64,000 bases of DNA from assembly GCA_034521815.1 (NCBI GenBank), contig JAXHLW010000013.1:1024001-1088000 (forward strand). Reading direction: 5' to 3'. The notes beneath the pieces are model-generated. The model was not told the DNA's origin. It searched no databases and saw only the letters and a program-made list of their open reading frames with translations. Source of the DNA: Trueperaceae bacterium (GTDB taxonomy: Bacteria > Deinococcota > Deinococci > Deinococcales > Trueperaceae). Shown one piece after another: positions 19,427-30,863 of the stretch (position 1 is the first letter of the stretch; each line of letters opens with the position of its first letter). Position numbers and translations under genes: made by a program.

Positions 19427-20695
19427 CTACTCGGCCGGGATCTGGTCGGCGGTGCGGATCTCGACCGTCTGGATGTCGCCGTCGATGTAGCGCCACACCT
19501 CGACCGGCGTGACGACGTCGCCGACCGCGTCGAAGTCGACGTTGCTGGCCGCACCGGTGTAGTCGATCTCGGTGCCGGCCTGCATCAGCTCGATCGCACG
19601 TGCGAACTCGCCGACGCCTACCTGCTCGCCTTCGCCGTCCGCCACGCGCCGGACGGCGTCGCGCAGATTCGGACCGGTCGCAGCGACGCCGTCGACGTGG
19701 AGCTGGGCGACCGCCAGGCCCAGGACGGCCATCGCGTCGTACGCGGCGTCCATGAACGGCAACGGCGGGCGCTGGCCGTGCACGGCCTGGTAGGCGTCGA
19801 CGAAGTCCTGGAAGCCCGGCCACTCGGGATCGGACCCGGGCGCGGTGCCCCAGGCGCCCTCGAGCACGTCGGCGCCGACCGCGTCGATGATCTCGAGCGA
19901 TTTCGAGCCGTCCACGAACTGGAACGAGGTGAACTCGAACAGGTCGCGGGCCTCCTGCATGTAGACCGTCGCCTGACCGGGGTAGCTGATCACCATCAGC
20001 ACGTCCGGATCGTCGGCGAGCGCTTGCTCGAGAATGCCAGAGTAGGTCGGCTGCGGCTCCTCGGGATGGGCGACCTGGGCGGTGACGGTGCCGCCGCGCG
20101 CCTCGAACGCCGCGGCGAAGGCGTTGGAGAGCCCTTGGCCGTAGGGGTTGTTGACGTAGACGGTCGCGGCGGTCTCGTAGTCGACCGACGGGTCGAGCTC
20201 GCCCCGCGCGAGCTGCGCCGCTACGACGCCCTGGAGGGCGTCCGAGGCGACGGTGCGGAAGACGAAGTCGCCGTCGTCGAGGAAGCTGATCAGCGGCGAG
20301 GTGGAGGCCGGCGAGATCTGCACGACCTCTGCCGCGATGGTGGCCGCCTCGGCCACGTTGGTCGTCACCCCGCTCGAGAGCGCGCCGACGATGCCCGGAA
20401 CGCCGTCGACATCGACGAGCTTGCGGGCGCGATCGACGCCGGTGGAGGGACTCGTGGCGGTGTCCTCGGGGATGAGCTCGAGCAGCGGACCGCCGAACGC
20501 CTCGGTGGCAGCGGCGTTGAGCCCGTCGGCCGCGAGCTCGACGGCGTTCAGATGCGCGGAGCCGAACTCGGCGAGCGCACCGGTGAAGCTGAGCAGCGCG
20601 CCGATCGGCGTGACCTCGGGGACGTCCTGAGCCTGCGCGGACGCGCCCCCTACGGCGAGGGCGAGCGCGGCGAGCCATGGAAACGTATTCTTCAT
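19427..20695 (-). CDS. ABC transporter substrate-binding protein (LivJ/K-like)
   Basis: Signal peptide; IGALLSFTG, QISPASTSP, FRTVASDALQG, YDA; SD AAGGAGG. Confidence 0.9.
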   Translation of the reverse strand: MKNTFPWLAALALAVGGASAQAQDVPEVTPIGALLSFTGALAEFGSAHLNAVELAADGLNAAATEAFGGPLLELIPEDTATSPSTGVDRARKLVDVDGVPGIVGALSSGVTTNVAEAATIAAEVVQISPASTSPLISFLDDGDFVFRTVASDALQGVVAAQLARGELDPSVDYETAATVYVNNPYGQGLSNAFAAAFEARGGTVTAQVAHPEEPQPTYSGILEQALADDPDVLMVISYPGQATVYMQEARDLFEFTSFQFVDGSKSLEIIDAVGADVLEGAWGTAPGSDPEWPGFQDFVDAYQAVHGQRPPLPFMDAAYDAMAVLGLAVAQLHVDGVAATGPNLRDAVRRVADGEGEQVGVGEFARAIELMQAGTEIDYTGAASNVDFDAVGDVVTPVEVWRYIDGDIQTVEIRTADQIPAE

Positions 20696-20816
20696 GCGAC
20701 CTCCTTGTGGTCGGTGGCGGGAGTTCGGTGACGGGAGTCCGGTGACGGCAGCACGGACGAGCGTGCCGGCCTTCGGGGACGGGCGTGGCGCCCTTCGGAG
20801 GCGAATTCGAGCGTAG

Positions 20817-21998
<1,182 letters not shown>

Positions 21999-22027
21999 GC
22001 CGAGGGCGTCGTCGCCAAGAGAGATGC

Positions 22028-22058
22028 GGGGGGCGACGGGTCGATCCTGTCGCCCCCC
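22028..22058 (+). terminator. Strong hairpin between gap and pgk (partial terminator or mRNA stabiliser)
   Basis: GGGGGGCGACGGG-TCGAT-CCTGTCGCCCCCC; no clear U tract. Confidence 0.55.
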
Positions 22059-22157
22059 TGCCTTGACCGAAGGCAGGGCTCCGCGCCCTGCGGACCGGAC
22101 GGACCGGCTGTCGCCGCGCCGCCCGAGAGATCCCGAACCGACCACCAGGAGGCCGTC

Positions 22158-23336
22158 ATGATCCCCACCCTTCGAGACCTCGACGTAAGCGGCAAGCGCG
22201 TGCTCGTACGCGTGGACTTCAACGTTCCCGTGAAGGGCGGCGTCGTCGGCGACGACACGCGCATCCGCGCCGCACTCCCGACCCTGCGCGAGCTGCTCGA
22301 GGCCGGTGCGACCGTCTTCTGCATGAGCCACCTCGGTCGACCCAAGGGACCGCAGGACGACGCGCGCATGGGGCCGGTGGCCGACCGGCTCTCCGAGCTG
22401 CTCGGCCGCGAGGTGCGCTACCTCGCCTGCGACGGGCCCGGCTCCCGCGAGCAGCAGGCCTTCGTGAGCGAGGCGCCGGGCGGCTCGCTCACGATGCTCG
22501 AGAACACCCGGTTCGACGCGCGCGAGACGAAGAACGATCCGGAGCTCGCGGCGATCCTGGCCGGCTACGCCGAGCTCTACGTGAACGACGCGTTCGGAGC
22601 GGCGCACCGTGCGCACGCCTCGACCGAAGGCGTGGCGCACCTGCTGCAGAGCGCCGCGGGCCGGCTGATGGAACGCGAGCTCGAGGTGCTCGGACGCCTG
22701 GTCGACGCACCCGAGCGACCGCTCAAGGTGATCCTGGGCGGGGCGAAGGTGAGCGACAAGATCGGCGTCATCGAGAACCTGCTGGGCAGCATCGACGAGC
22801 TGTTCGTCGGCGGCGCGATGGCGTACACGTTCTTCAAGGCCCAGGGCGGCCAGGTGGGCGACTCGCTGGTCGAGGACGAGAAGCTCGACGTCGCGCGCGA
22901 CCTGATCGCGCGGGCCGAGCGTGCGGGCGTGTCGCTGCACCTGCCGTCCGATTCGGTCTGCGCGGCCGAGGTCGAGGCCGGCGCCCAGACCTCGGTGCAC
23001 CCCTCGGACCAGATCCCTGCCGGTCTGAAAGGACTCGACGCCGGACCCGACGCGATCGCGGCATGGACCGACGCCTTGAAGGGCGCCAAGACCGTGTTCT
23101 GGAACGGTCCGCTGGGCGTGTTCGAGGTCGAGCCGTTCGACGCCGGCACCCGCGCCATCGCCAAGGCCGTGGCGGAGCTCGACGCCTTCACGGTCGTCGG
23201 AGGCGGCGATTCGGTCGCGGCGATCAACGCCACCGGTCTCGACGACCGGATCGACCACATCAGCACCGGCGGCGGGGCGTCGCTCGAGTTCCTGGAAGGC
23301 TCGGACCTGCCCGGGGTCGAGGCGCTCCGGCGCTGA
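22158..23336 (+). CDS. pgk: Phosphoglycerate kinase
   Basis: [41 protein letters not shown]. Confidence 0.98.
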   Translation: MIPTLRDLDVSGKRVLVRVDFNVPVKGGVVGDDTRIRAALPTLRELLEAGATVFCMSHLGRPKGPQDDARMGPVADRLSELLGREVRYLACDGPGSREQQAFVSEAPGGSLTMLENTRFDARETKNDPELAAILAGYAELYVNDAFGAAHRAHASTEGVAHLLQSAAGRLMERELEVLGRLVDAPERPLKVILGGAKVSDKIGVIENLLGSIDELFVGGAMAYTFFKAQGGQVGDSLVEDEKLDVARDLIARAERAGVSLHLPSDSVCAAEVEAGAQTSVHPSDQIPAGLKGLDAGPDAIAAWTDALKGAKTVFWNGPLGVFEVEPFDAGTRAIAKAVAELDAFTVVGGGDSVAAINATGLDDRIDHISTGGGASLEFLEGSDLPGVEALRR

Positions 23337-23418
23337 GCGACGTATGCGCGTGGCGCAGGTCGCCACGATCGCGACCGCTGGACCTGGACCGTGGGGGCCG
23401 CCGCAGTAGAGTGACGGT

Positions 23419-23770
23419 GTGCCCACGGTCCCGATCCTCGAACCCCACCGCGGAGCGCTCCAGCGCGTCCTCGGCGCGGACGCCGACGGCGTCGACGCGC
23501 TCAATTTGCACGGCGACTACACGTACCTCTCCTCCGGCTACTACGCGTCGCTGGACGCCGAGCTGGCCGGCGAGCGGATGCTGCCCACCCCGGAGGACGC
23601 GCTCGACGCCTACGTCGTGCCGATCGCGGCGGACAAAGCGCGGCGCGCCGGGATCGCCGTCCCCGACGTCACGCTGGTCACCGACCGGTTCCCCGCCCCG
23701 CCATTCGTCGCCTGGCCGGTCAACCCGTTCTCGGTCAAGGGCGAGCTGATCCTCGACGACGCTGCCCTCG
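23419..23770 (+). pseudogene. Truncated RimK-like ATP-grasp protein with RLAN N-terminal domain
   Basis: NLHGDYTYLSSGYYASLDAE...MLPT motif; plausible coding ends at about 23770, then runs into antisense GNAT sequence. Confidence 0.6.
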
Positions 23771-23961
23771 GCGGCGCGCAGCAGCGCCGCGCCCACCCCG
23801 TGACCGCGCGTCGCGGTCGCGACCACCAGCGAGTACAGTCGCGCCGCGTCGAAGCCGCGACGGAACAGCACGATGGCGTCGCCGACGACGCGGCCGCCGC
23901 CGTCCAGATCGGCGAGCTCGGCGCGCCGGACCTGAACGGCGGCGCCCGCCGGATCAGTCGT
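23765..23961 (-). pseudogene. GNAT (RimI-like) acetyltransferase remnant
   Basis: VRRAELADLD/GGGRVVGDAIVLFRRGFDAARLYSLVV...RGHGVGAALLRAAE; ACG at the expected start; internal and C-terminal deletions. Confidence 0.6.
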
Positions 23962-24913
23962 CGCCGTCCCCCAGCGCAGCCAGCAGGGCGGGCACGATCT
24001 CGTGCACGTCGCCGACGACACCGACGTCGCAGTGCTTGAAGATCGGCGCGTCGGCGTCCCGATTGATGGCCACGATCCGTCGGCTGCGACTCATGCCGGA
24101 CAGGTGCTGAACCGCGCCGGAGATGCCCAGCGCGACGTACACCTCGGGTGCGACCGTCTTGCCGGTCTGGCCGATCTGCTCCTCGTACGGGCGCCAGCCG
24201 GCGTCGACCACCGCGCGGGTCGCGCCGATCACGCCGCCCAGGCGGGCGGCGAGCGGCTCGACCAGCTCGGCGACGGCGTCGGCCGAGCCCACGCCGCGAC
24301 CGGCGGCCACGACCACCTCGGCCTCCTCGAGCGCCAGCTTCGCGCCCGCCGGGCGTCCACCGGCCTGGACGGCGACGCGGGCGTCTTCCGGCTCGAAGGC
24401 GACCTCCAGCGGCCGAACCTCGCCGTTCCCGTTCGCCTCGGCCGGCTCGTACGAGCCGATCTTGACGGTCGCGACGACCGGCGTCGCCTCGGCCACGATC
24501 TCCTCGCTGACGCGCTGGAGCTGCGTCAGACGCCAGCCGCGCACGCCGTCCGCGTCGGCCTCGAGCGCTGTGACGTCCTCGAGCAGCGCCCCGCCCACCC
24601 GCAGGGCGACGCGGGGGGCGACGGCCTGCGAGGTCCGGGTCCCGGCCAGCAGAAGTGCGCGCGCTCCGCTGGCCTCGAGGGCCGCGACGAGGGCCCGCGT
24701 ACGGGTCTCCTGATTGTCCTGCGGAAGGTCCAACTGGTGGACGACGGGCACGTACGCGGCCGCCGCCTGCGCCGCCTCCGCCCCTGCCGCGACGGCTTCG
24801 ACCTGGGCGCCCGCACGCTCGGCCAACGCTCGGGCGGCACCGACCGCCTGGAGCGAGGCCCGTGTCGGGGCGTCGGCGGTCGACTCGATCCATACCAGCA
24901 CGGGCGCGCTCAC
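23954..24913 (-). CDS. etfA: Electron transfer flavoprotein alpha subunit
   Basis: VVAAGRG, ATRAVVDAGW, QIGQTGKTVAP, GISGAVQH. Confidence 0.95.
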   Translation of the reverse strand: MSAPVLVWIESTADAPTRASLQAVGAARALAERAGAQVEAVAAGAEAAQAAAAYVPVVHQLDLPQDNQETRTRALVAALEASGARALLLAGTRTSQAVAPRVALRVGGALLEDVTALEADADGVRGWRLTQLQRVSEEIVAEATPVVATVKIGSYEPAEANGNGEVRPLEVAFEPEDARVAVQAGGRPAGAKLALEEAEVVVAAGRGVGSADAVAELVEPLAARLGGVIGATRAVVDAGWRPYEEQIGQTGKTVAPEVYVALGISGAVQHLSGMSRSRRIVAINRDADAPIFKHCDVGVVGDVHEIVPALLAALGDGDD

Positions 24914-25651
24914 CGGCCCGCCTCGCGCAGGAAGCGCGCGACCTCGCCGGCCGCCTCGGCCGGGTCGCCCTCGAGCACGCGTCCAAGGCGGTCACGCTGC
25001 TCCAGGGTGCGTCCCACCGTCCGCGACCGTGACGCCGGCGCGTCGGCCGGCTCGCTCCTCGTCTCCTTGCGCTTCGCCTTCATGATGTTCGGAAGCGTCG
25101 GATATCGAGGCTCGTTCAGGCCCTGCTGCGTCGACACCACGGCGGGTAGCGGAAGCGTCAGCGTCTCGCTGCCCACGTCGGCGTCGTGCTCGGTGCGAAT
25201 GCCGCCGTCCTCCAGCGTGAGCGCGGTCGTCCAGTCCGACAGCGGCCACCCCAACGCCTCGGCCAGCGCCGGCCCCAGCGCCGCGCTGTCCCAGTCCGCC
25301 TGCTTGCCGCCGACGAACACCAGATCGGCCTCCTCCTCGCGCACCACGTCCGCGAGCCGCATCGCGACGGCCAGCGGATCCGAGCGCCTCGTCCGCCACC
25401 AGCAGCCGGGCCCGGTCGGCGCCCATCGCCAGCGCGGTGCGAAGCGCCTCCTCGGTCCGCTCCGGACCCAGCGCCACCGCCACGATCTCGGCGTCGAGCC
25501 CGTCGTCGCGGATGCGCAGCGCCTGCTCCACGCCGTACTCGTCCATGCCGTCGAGCACCCAGGCGGCGCCCGACAGGGCGACCTCCCCGTCCTCGATCCG
25601 CACCCGCGCCTCGGCGTCGGGAACCTGTCGGATCACCGTCAAGATCTTCAT
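24910..25651 (-). CDS. etfB: Electron transfer flavoprotein beta subunit, frameshifted at about 25381
   Basis: [12 protein letters not shown]...ALAMGAD, then other frame DPLAVA...GKQADWD...[15 protein letters not shown]; one extra base. Confidence 0.9.
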
Positions 25652-25679
25652 GCCTGCCTCCTCTTCAGGGCGACGACGA

Positions 25680-26841
25680 TCACGTTCGCCCCCTTCGCTC
25701 GCGATCACGGTAGATCTGGCGCACGATAACCATCCGCTGAATCTCGCTGGTCCCCTCGTAGATCCGGGTCACCCGCGCATCGCGCAGGTAGCGCTCGACC
25801 GGATGATCGCGCGTATAGCCAGCGCCTCCGAACACCTGCAGCGCCGCATCGGTCACGAATCCGGCCGTCTCCGAGGCGAACAGCTTGGCCATCGACGCCT
25901 CCTGCGTCACGCGGAAGCCGCGATCCATCGCCCACGCCGCCTTCTGGGTCAGGAGTCGCGCCGCCTCGATCCTCGTCGCCATCTCCGCCAGCGGAAACCC
26001 GACCCCTTGAAAGGCACGGATGGAGCGTCCGAACGCCTCGCGCTCGTCGGCGTAGTCTCGCGCCGCCTCGAACGCGGCCCGGGCGATGCCGACCGACTGC
26101 GCCGCGATGCCGATGCGGCCCCCGTCCAGCGACGCCATCGCCATCACGAATCCGTCGCCCTCGCCTCCCAGACGATCGCCGTCCGTGACGAACACGTCGT
26201 CGAAGGTGACGGTCGTGGTCACCGCCGCGTGTTGGCCCATCTTTCGCTCGGGCGTGCCGAACGACAGGCCGGGCGCGTCCCCGGGCACCAGGAACGCGCT
26301 GATGCCACGTGCCCCGCCTCGGGATCGGTGACCGCGAGCACCAGGTACAGATCGGCCTCGCCTCCACCGGTGACCCACGCCTTGGCGCCGCGCAGGCGGT
26401 ATCCGTCAGGCACGGCGCTGGCGCGCGTGCGAATCGCCGCGGCGTCGGAGCCGGCCTGCGCCTCCGACAGGCAGAACGCCCCGAACCAGGCGCCGCTCGC
26501 CAGCTTCGGCAGGTACGCCTCCTTCTGCGCCTCGCTGCCGTACGCGACGAGCATCTTCTGGGGCAAGCCGTTCGTGACCGCCATGAGCGTGCCGTGGGAC
26601 GCGTCCGCGGCCGAGATCTCCTCGATCGCGACGGTGAACGCCAACGTGCCCAGCCCGGCGCCGCCGTAGCGCTCGGCGCGCTGACGCCCATCAGCCCCAT
26701 CCGCCCCATCTCGGCGAGGGTCGCGCGGGGGAACGTCGGCTCCGCGTCCAGCCCGGCCGCGACGGTCGCGATCCGCTCGCGCGCGAAGTCGCGCACGTGG
26801 CGCCGAAGGTCCTTGAGGTCGTCGGGCAGCTCGAAGTTCAC
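25680..26841 (-). CDS. Acyl-CoA dehydrogenase with two apparent single-base deletions (about 26676 and 26315)
   Basis: Motifs spread over three frames: [48 protein letters not shown]. Confidence 0.88.
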
Positions 26842-26987
26842 GAGCTCGCCTCGGGCGTGGGCATGGCGAGGACTGTACCACCGCGACGACGCGCCTCCGA
26901 TCGTCGCCGCAGGTCTCCGCCGCCGCCCGCGAGCCGGCGCGTGGCGCGGCTGGCGACGCCGTTGCCGACAGCGATCTATCCTCCGGT

Positions 26988-27332
26988 ATGGACGCACACG
27001 ACCTGCTCGCCCGCCTGCCCGAGTTCCTGGACGCCGAGGCCGTACGCGGCGTCGACGCGATCGTCCAGTACGACATCGAGCGACCGCTGTGGCACGAGAT
27101 CCGTGACGGCGAGGTCCGCGTGCACGAAGGCCGCGCCGACGCGCCCGACCTGCAGGTCCGCGCCAGCGACGCGCTGTTGCTGGACCTGTTCTACGGCAAG
27201 GCCAGTCCGACGATGGCGATGATGTCGGGTCGCCTGAAGGTCAAGGGCGACATGCGGCTGGCCCGGAACCTGGTCGCGCTCGTCGACCGCGACCGGCTCG
27301 CGTCGCTGTCGACCGAAGACCGCGACGCATAG
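26988..27332 (+). CDS. SCP2 sterol/lipid-binding domain protein
   Basis: AMMSGRLKVKGDM SCP2 signature; divergent from the acyl-CoA dehydrogenase. Confidence 0.85.
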   Translation: MDAHDLLARLPEFLDAEAVRGVDAIVQYDIERPLWHEIRDGEVRVHEGRADAPDLQVRASDALLLDLFYGKASPTMAMMSGRLKVKGDMRLARNLVALVDRDRLASLSTEDRDA

Positions 27333-27374
27333 CCGCGTTGCCGCGTTACCGCGTCGCCGCAGCGGCACGCTGGC

Positions 27375-27674
27375 TCAGTCCTCGTTCCCGGCGCGATCCA
27401 GCGCCGAGGCGAACGCGCGTGCCAGATCGGTCCGCTCGACCAGGCCGCCCGATCGCTCCTCGCGCACCCGAAGCCGGGACCGCGCGCCGTCGACGTCGGC
27501 GCGGTAGGCGAGGTGCCGAGCCAGCTCGTTCACGGCGCCCAGGGCCGATGACGACGACGCCTCGAATCGCTCGCGTCGCCGGGCGCCGCTCGGGGCCTCC
27601 AGCACCACGAGGATCGAGGCCCGGCCGGCCTTCGCGCCGACGATGAGCTGCTCGACGGTCCAGCCGTACCTCAC
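27375..27674 (-). CDS. Hypothetical protein (99 aa)
   Basis: GGAGG SD; coding-like composition; fills the gap downstream of aspartokinase. Confidence 0.65.
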   Translation of the reverse strand: MRYGWTVEQLIVGAKAGRASILVVLEAPSGARRRERFEASSSSALGAVNELARHLAYRADVDGARSRLRVREERSGGLVERTDLARAFASALDRAGNED

Positions 27675-27751
27675 GCAGAACCTCCACGCACTCCCACGGT
27701 CACTGGCGTGCAGGGCCGGACGTCACGGGTCGCCGTCATGGACGCTCCGGC

Positions 27752-29053
27752 TCAGGACGGCGCCGCCTCGAGGCCGAACGCCCTGTGCACCGCTTTCAGC
27801 GCGTCCTCGGCGTGCTCGGCAGGGATCACGACCGAGACCCGCACCTCGCTGGTCGCGATCATCTCGATGTTCGCGCCGACGGACGCGACCGCGTCGAACA
27901 TCGTGCCGGCCACGCCGGGCGTGGATCCCACCGCGACGCCCACGATCGACAGCTTCGCGACGTCGCCGCTGGCGTCGGCGTGACCGCCGATCTCGGCCAG
28001 GATCGGCGCGACCGCGTCGAGCGCGTCGGGAACGAGGTCCTCGGCCACGGTGAACGCCATCTGCTGACGGCTGGCGCCCTCGCCGGGCACCCCTTGGATG
28101 ATCATGTCGACGCTGACGTGGGCGTTCCCCAGCGCACGGAACAGCCGGGCGGCGACGCCGGGCGTGTCGGGCAGGCCGACGAGGTCGATCCGAGCATGGT
28201 TTCGATCCAGGGCGACGCCGGTGACGGGCGAGTCGGTGATCATGCGGTCCTCCGATCGGTCGAGCCGCCGGACGATCGTGCCCGGGGCGAACGAGAAGCT
28301 GCTGCGGACGTGCACCCGGACGCCGTAGCGCCTGGCGTACCAGACGCTGCGGGGGTGGAGCACCTTGGCGCCGAGCTGCGCCAGCTCGAGCATCTCGTCG
28401 TAGTCGACCTCGGGCAGCCGCGTCGCGCTCGGGACCAGGTGCGGATCGGTCGTGTACACGCCGTCGGTGTCGGTGAAGATCTCGCACTCCGCCGCCCCTA
28501 GCGCCGCCGCCAACGCCACCGCCGTGGTGTCGGACCCGCCGCGCCCCAGCGTGGCCGTGTCGCCCAGCGAGTTCAGTCCCTGAAAGCCGGCGACCGCGAC
28601 GACGCGGACCGTCGAAAGCGCGGCGCGGAGGCGCGTGGGGTCCACCTCGAGGATGCTGGCCTCGCCGTGGAGGTCGCTGGTCCGGAACCCCGCCTGAGCT
28701 CCGGTGAACGAGCGGGCCGGGACGTGCAGCGCCTGCAGCGCCAGGCAGAGCAGCGCGGTGGCTTGCTGCTCGCCCGTGGCCATCAAGGCGTCCAGCTCGC
28801 GACGGTCGGGCCGCGGCGTCAGCTCCCTCGCCATGCCCACCAGCCGATCGGTCGTGCGGCCCATCGCCGAGACGGTGACGACGACGCGGTCGCCCTGCTC
28901 GACCTGCCGGGCGATGCGCGCAGCGACCTTGCGGATGCGGTCCAGATCGCCGACGCTGGTTCCGCCGAACTTCCAGACGCGCAGGCCGGAGGCGGTGTCG
29001 GCGGCGTCGAGCGGTCGTGGGGACGTCGGGACGGGGCCCGGGGTGGCGTCCAT
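27752..29053 (-). CDS. ask: Aspartate kinase (alpha subunit; internal beta start at 28243)
   Basis: KFGGTSV, TLGRGGSDTTAVALA, DGVYTTDP; two ACT domains. Confidence 0.95.
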   Translation of the reverse strand: MDATPGPVPTSPRPLDAADTASGLRVWKFGGTSVGDLDRIRKVAARIARQVEQGDRVVVTVSAMGRTTDRLVGMARELTPRPDRRELDALMATGEQQATALLCLALQALHVPARSFTGAQAGFRTSDLHGEASILEVDPTRLRAALSTVRVVAVAGFQGLNSLGDTATLGRGGSDTTAVALAAALGAAECEIFTDTDGVYTTDPHLVPSATRLPEVDYDEMLELAQLGAKVLHPRSVWYARRYGVRVHVRSSFSFAPGTIVRRLDRSEDRMITDSPVTGVALDRNHARIDLVGLPDTPGVAARLFRALGNAHVSVDMIIQGVPGEGASRQQMAFTVAEDLVPDALDAVAPILAEIGGHADASGDVAKLSIVGVAVGSTPGVAGTMFDAVASVGANIEMIATSEVRVSVVIPAEHAEDALKAVHRAFGLEAAPS

Positions 29054-29128
29054 AGGCCGCCGAGGATACCTCACGCGCACCGGGGTGAAGGGTCGAGAGT
29101 CCCGGTGGGCACGTGGTAGAAGGTCTGC

Positions 29129-30502
29129 ATGACGACCGACGGCGCACCCCTCCGTGTCGTGATCGTCGGGGCGGGCCCCTCCGGCCTGTTCGCGGCGGAC
29201 GCGCTCCTCAAGGCCCGCGACGACGTCCGGGTCGACGTCTTCGATCGACTCCCGACCCCGTACGGGCTGGTCCGCTACGGCGTCGCTCCCGATCACGCCA
29301 AGATCAAATCGGTCACGAAAGCGTTCGAGAAGACCTGCCGCGATCCTCGGCTCCGCTTCTTCGGCAACGTCGACATCGGCAAGGACGTCACGGTCGACGA
29401 GCTGCGCCGCTACGCCCACGCCGTGATCCTGGCGGTCGGCGCCTCGAGCGACCGCTCGCTGGGCGTTCCCGGCGAGGACCTCGCGGGCAGCCTGTCCGCG
29501 ACCGAGTTCGTCGCCTGGTACAACGGCCACCCCGACTACGTGGACCTGAACCCCCGATTGGACGCACCGCACGTCGCCGTGGTGGGGATGGGCAACGTCG
29601 CGGTCGACGTGGCTCGCATCCTCGCGAAGTCGGTGGACGAGCTGGCCGTCACCGACATCGCCGATCACGCGATCGAGGCGCTGGCCGAGAGCCGGGTCGA
29701 GGAGATCTCGATGCTGGGACGGCGGGGACCGGCCCAGGCGAAGTGGACCACGAAGGAGCTTCGCGAGCTGGGCGAGCTCGAGAACGCCGATCTGTACGTC
29801 GATCCGGCCGAGCTCGAGCTGGACGCCGCCTCGGCGGAGGCGGCCGAATCGGACGCGATGACGAAGCGCAATCTCGGGCTGCTCGCCGACTTCGCGGCGC
29901 AGGAGCCCCAGGGCAAGCCCCGGAAGCTGCACGTGCGGTTCTTCGTCTCCCCCGTCGAGCTTCACGGCGAAGGCCGGGTCGAACGCATGACCGTGGGCCG
30001 CAACCGGCTCGAGGAGCGCGAAGGGGGGTACCTGGCCGCCGTGGACACCGGCGAGCGCGAGACGCTCCCCGCCGACCTGGTGCTCCGCTCGGTGGGGTAC
30101 CGCGGCGTGGCGACGCCCGGCGTGCCGTTCGACGCTCGGCGCGGCGTGGTGCCGAACGAGGCCGGACGCGTCGTGGACGACGACGGTCGGGCGGTACCCG
30201 GCATGTACGTCGCGGGCTGGATCAAGCGCGGCCCCAGTGGCGTGATCGGCACGAACAAGGCGGATGCGGTCCGAACGGTGGAGGCGCTCCTCGCCGATCC
30301 CCTGCCCGAGCCCGAGGACGCGTCGGAGGCCGCGCTTCCCGCCATGCTGGCGAGCCGCGGCGTGTCCGTGGTGGACTTCGAGGGCTGGCTGGCGCTGGAC
30401 CGCGCCGAAGTGGACGCCGGCTCGGCGTCGGGACGTCCTCGCGTGAAGGTCGTGACGGTCGCCGACATGCTTCGGCAGGCGCAGCGCCCTGACGACAGCT
30501 AG
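29129..30502 (+). CDS. Ferredoxin--NADP+ reductase (FprA/adrenodoxin reductase-like)
   Basis: VGAGPSG, PYGLVRYGVAPDH, GNVAVDVAR, GWIKRGPSGVIGTN. Confidence 0.9.
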   Translation: MTTDGAPLRVVIVGAGPSGLFAADALLKARDDVRVDVFDRLPTPYGLVRYGVAPDHAKIKSVTKAFEKTCRDPRLRFFGNVDIGKDVTVDELRRYAHAVILAVGASSDRSLGVPGEDLAGSLSATEFVAWYNGHPDYVDLNPRLDAPHVAVVGMGNVAVDVARILAKSVDELAVTDIADHAIEALAESRVEEISMLGRRGPAQAKWTTKELRELGELENADLYVDPAELELDAASAEAAESDAMTKRNLGLLADFAAQEPQGKPRKLHVRFFVSPVELHGEGRVERMTVGRNRLEEREGGYLAAVDTGERETLPADLVLRSVGYRGVATPGVPFDARRGVVPNEAGRVVDDDGRAVPGMYVAGWIKRGPSGVIGTNKADAVRTVEALLADPLPEPEDASEAALPAMLASRGVSVVDFEGWLALDRAEVDAGSASGRPRVKVVTVADMLRQAQRPDDS

Positions 30503-30765
30503 CTGCGAAGCGCCCGATCGAAAGCCACCAGCGCGAGGGGCCGGTCCGACCTCGCTTCGAGCGCGCCCCGCGAGTCCGGGGCGCGCTGGTTCGTGCCACC
30601 AACGATTTCGTGCCGCCAACGATCCGAGCCACCCGACGACGCCTCGATCAGGCTCGTCAGTGAACGGCGATTCTCGTCGATAGACCGGCCTTTTCTGCAC
30701 GACGCGTCAGAAACAGCCGTACGATATTCATCAAGATGATGGACTCAATCGTGGCATATGGGGCT

Positions 30766-30793
30766 TGCGCAGGTGACACTGTGCACGTATCAT
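30766..30793 (+). promoter_or_regulatory. Putative glnA promoter
   Basis: TTGCGC ... TATCAT followed by leader hairpins and an AGGAGG SD. Confidence 0.45.
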
Positions 30794-30863
30794 CGCCCGA
30801 CGGCCGGGCCGTCCCGGCGATCGGGACGCCTTCTCGTCCCGAATCCCATCTCAGGAGGAACCC

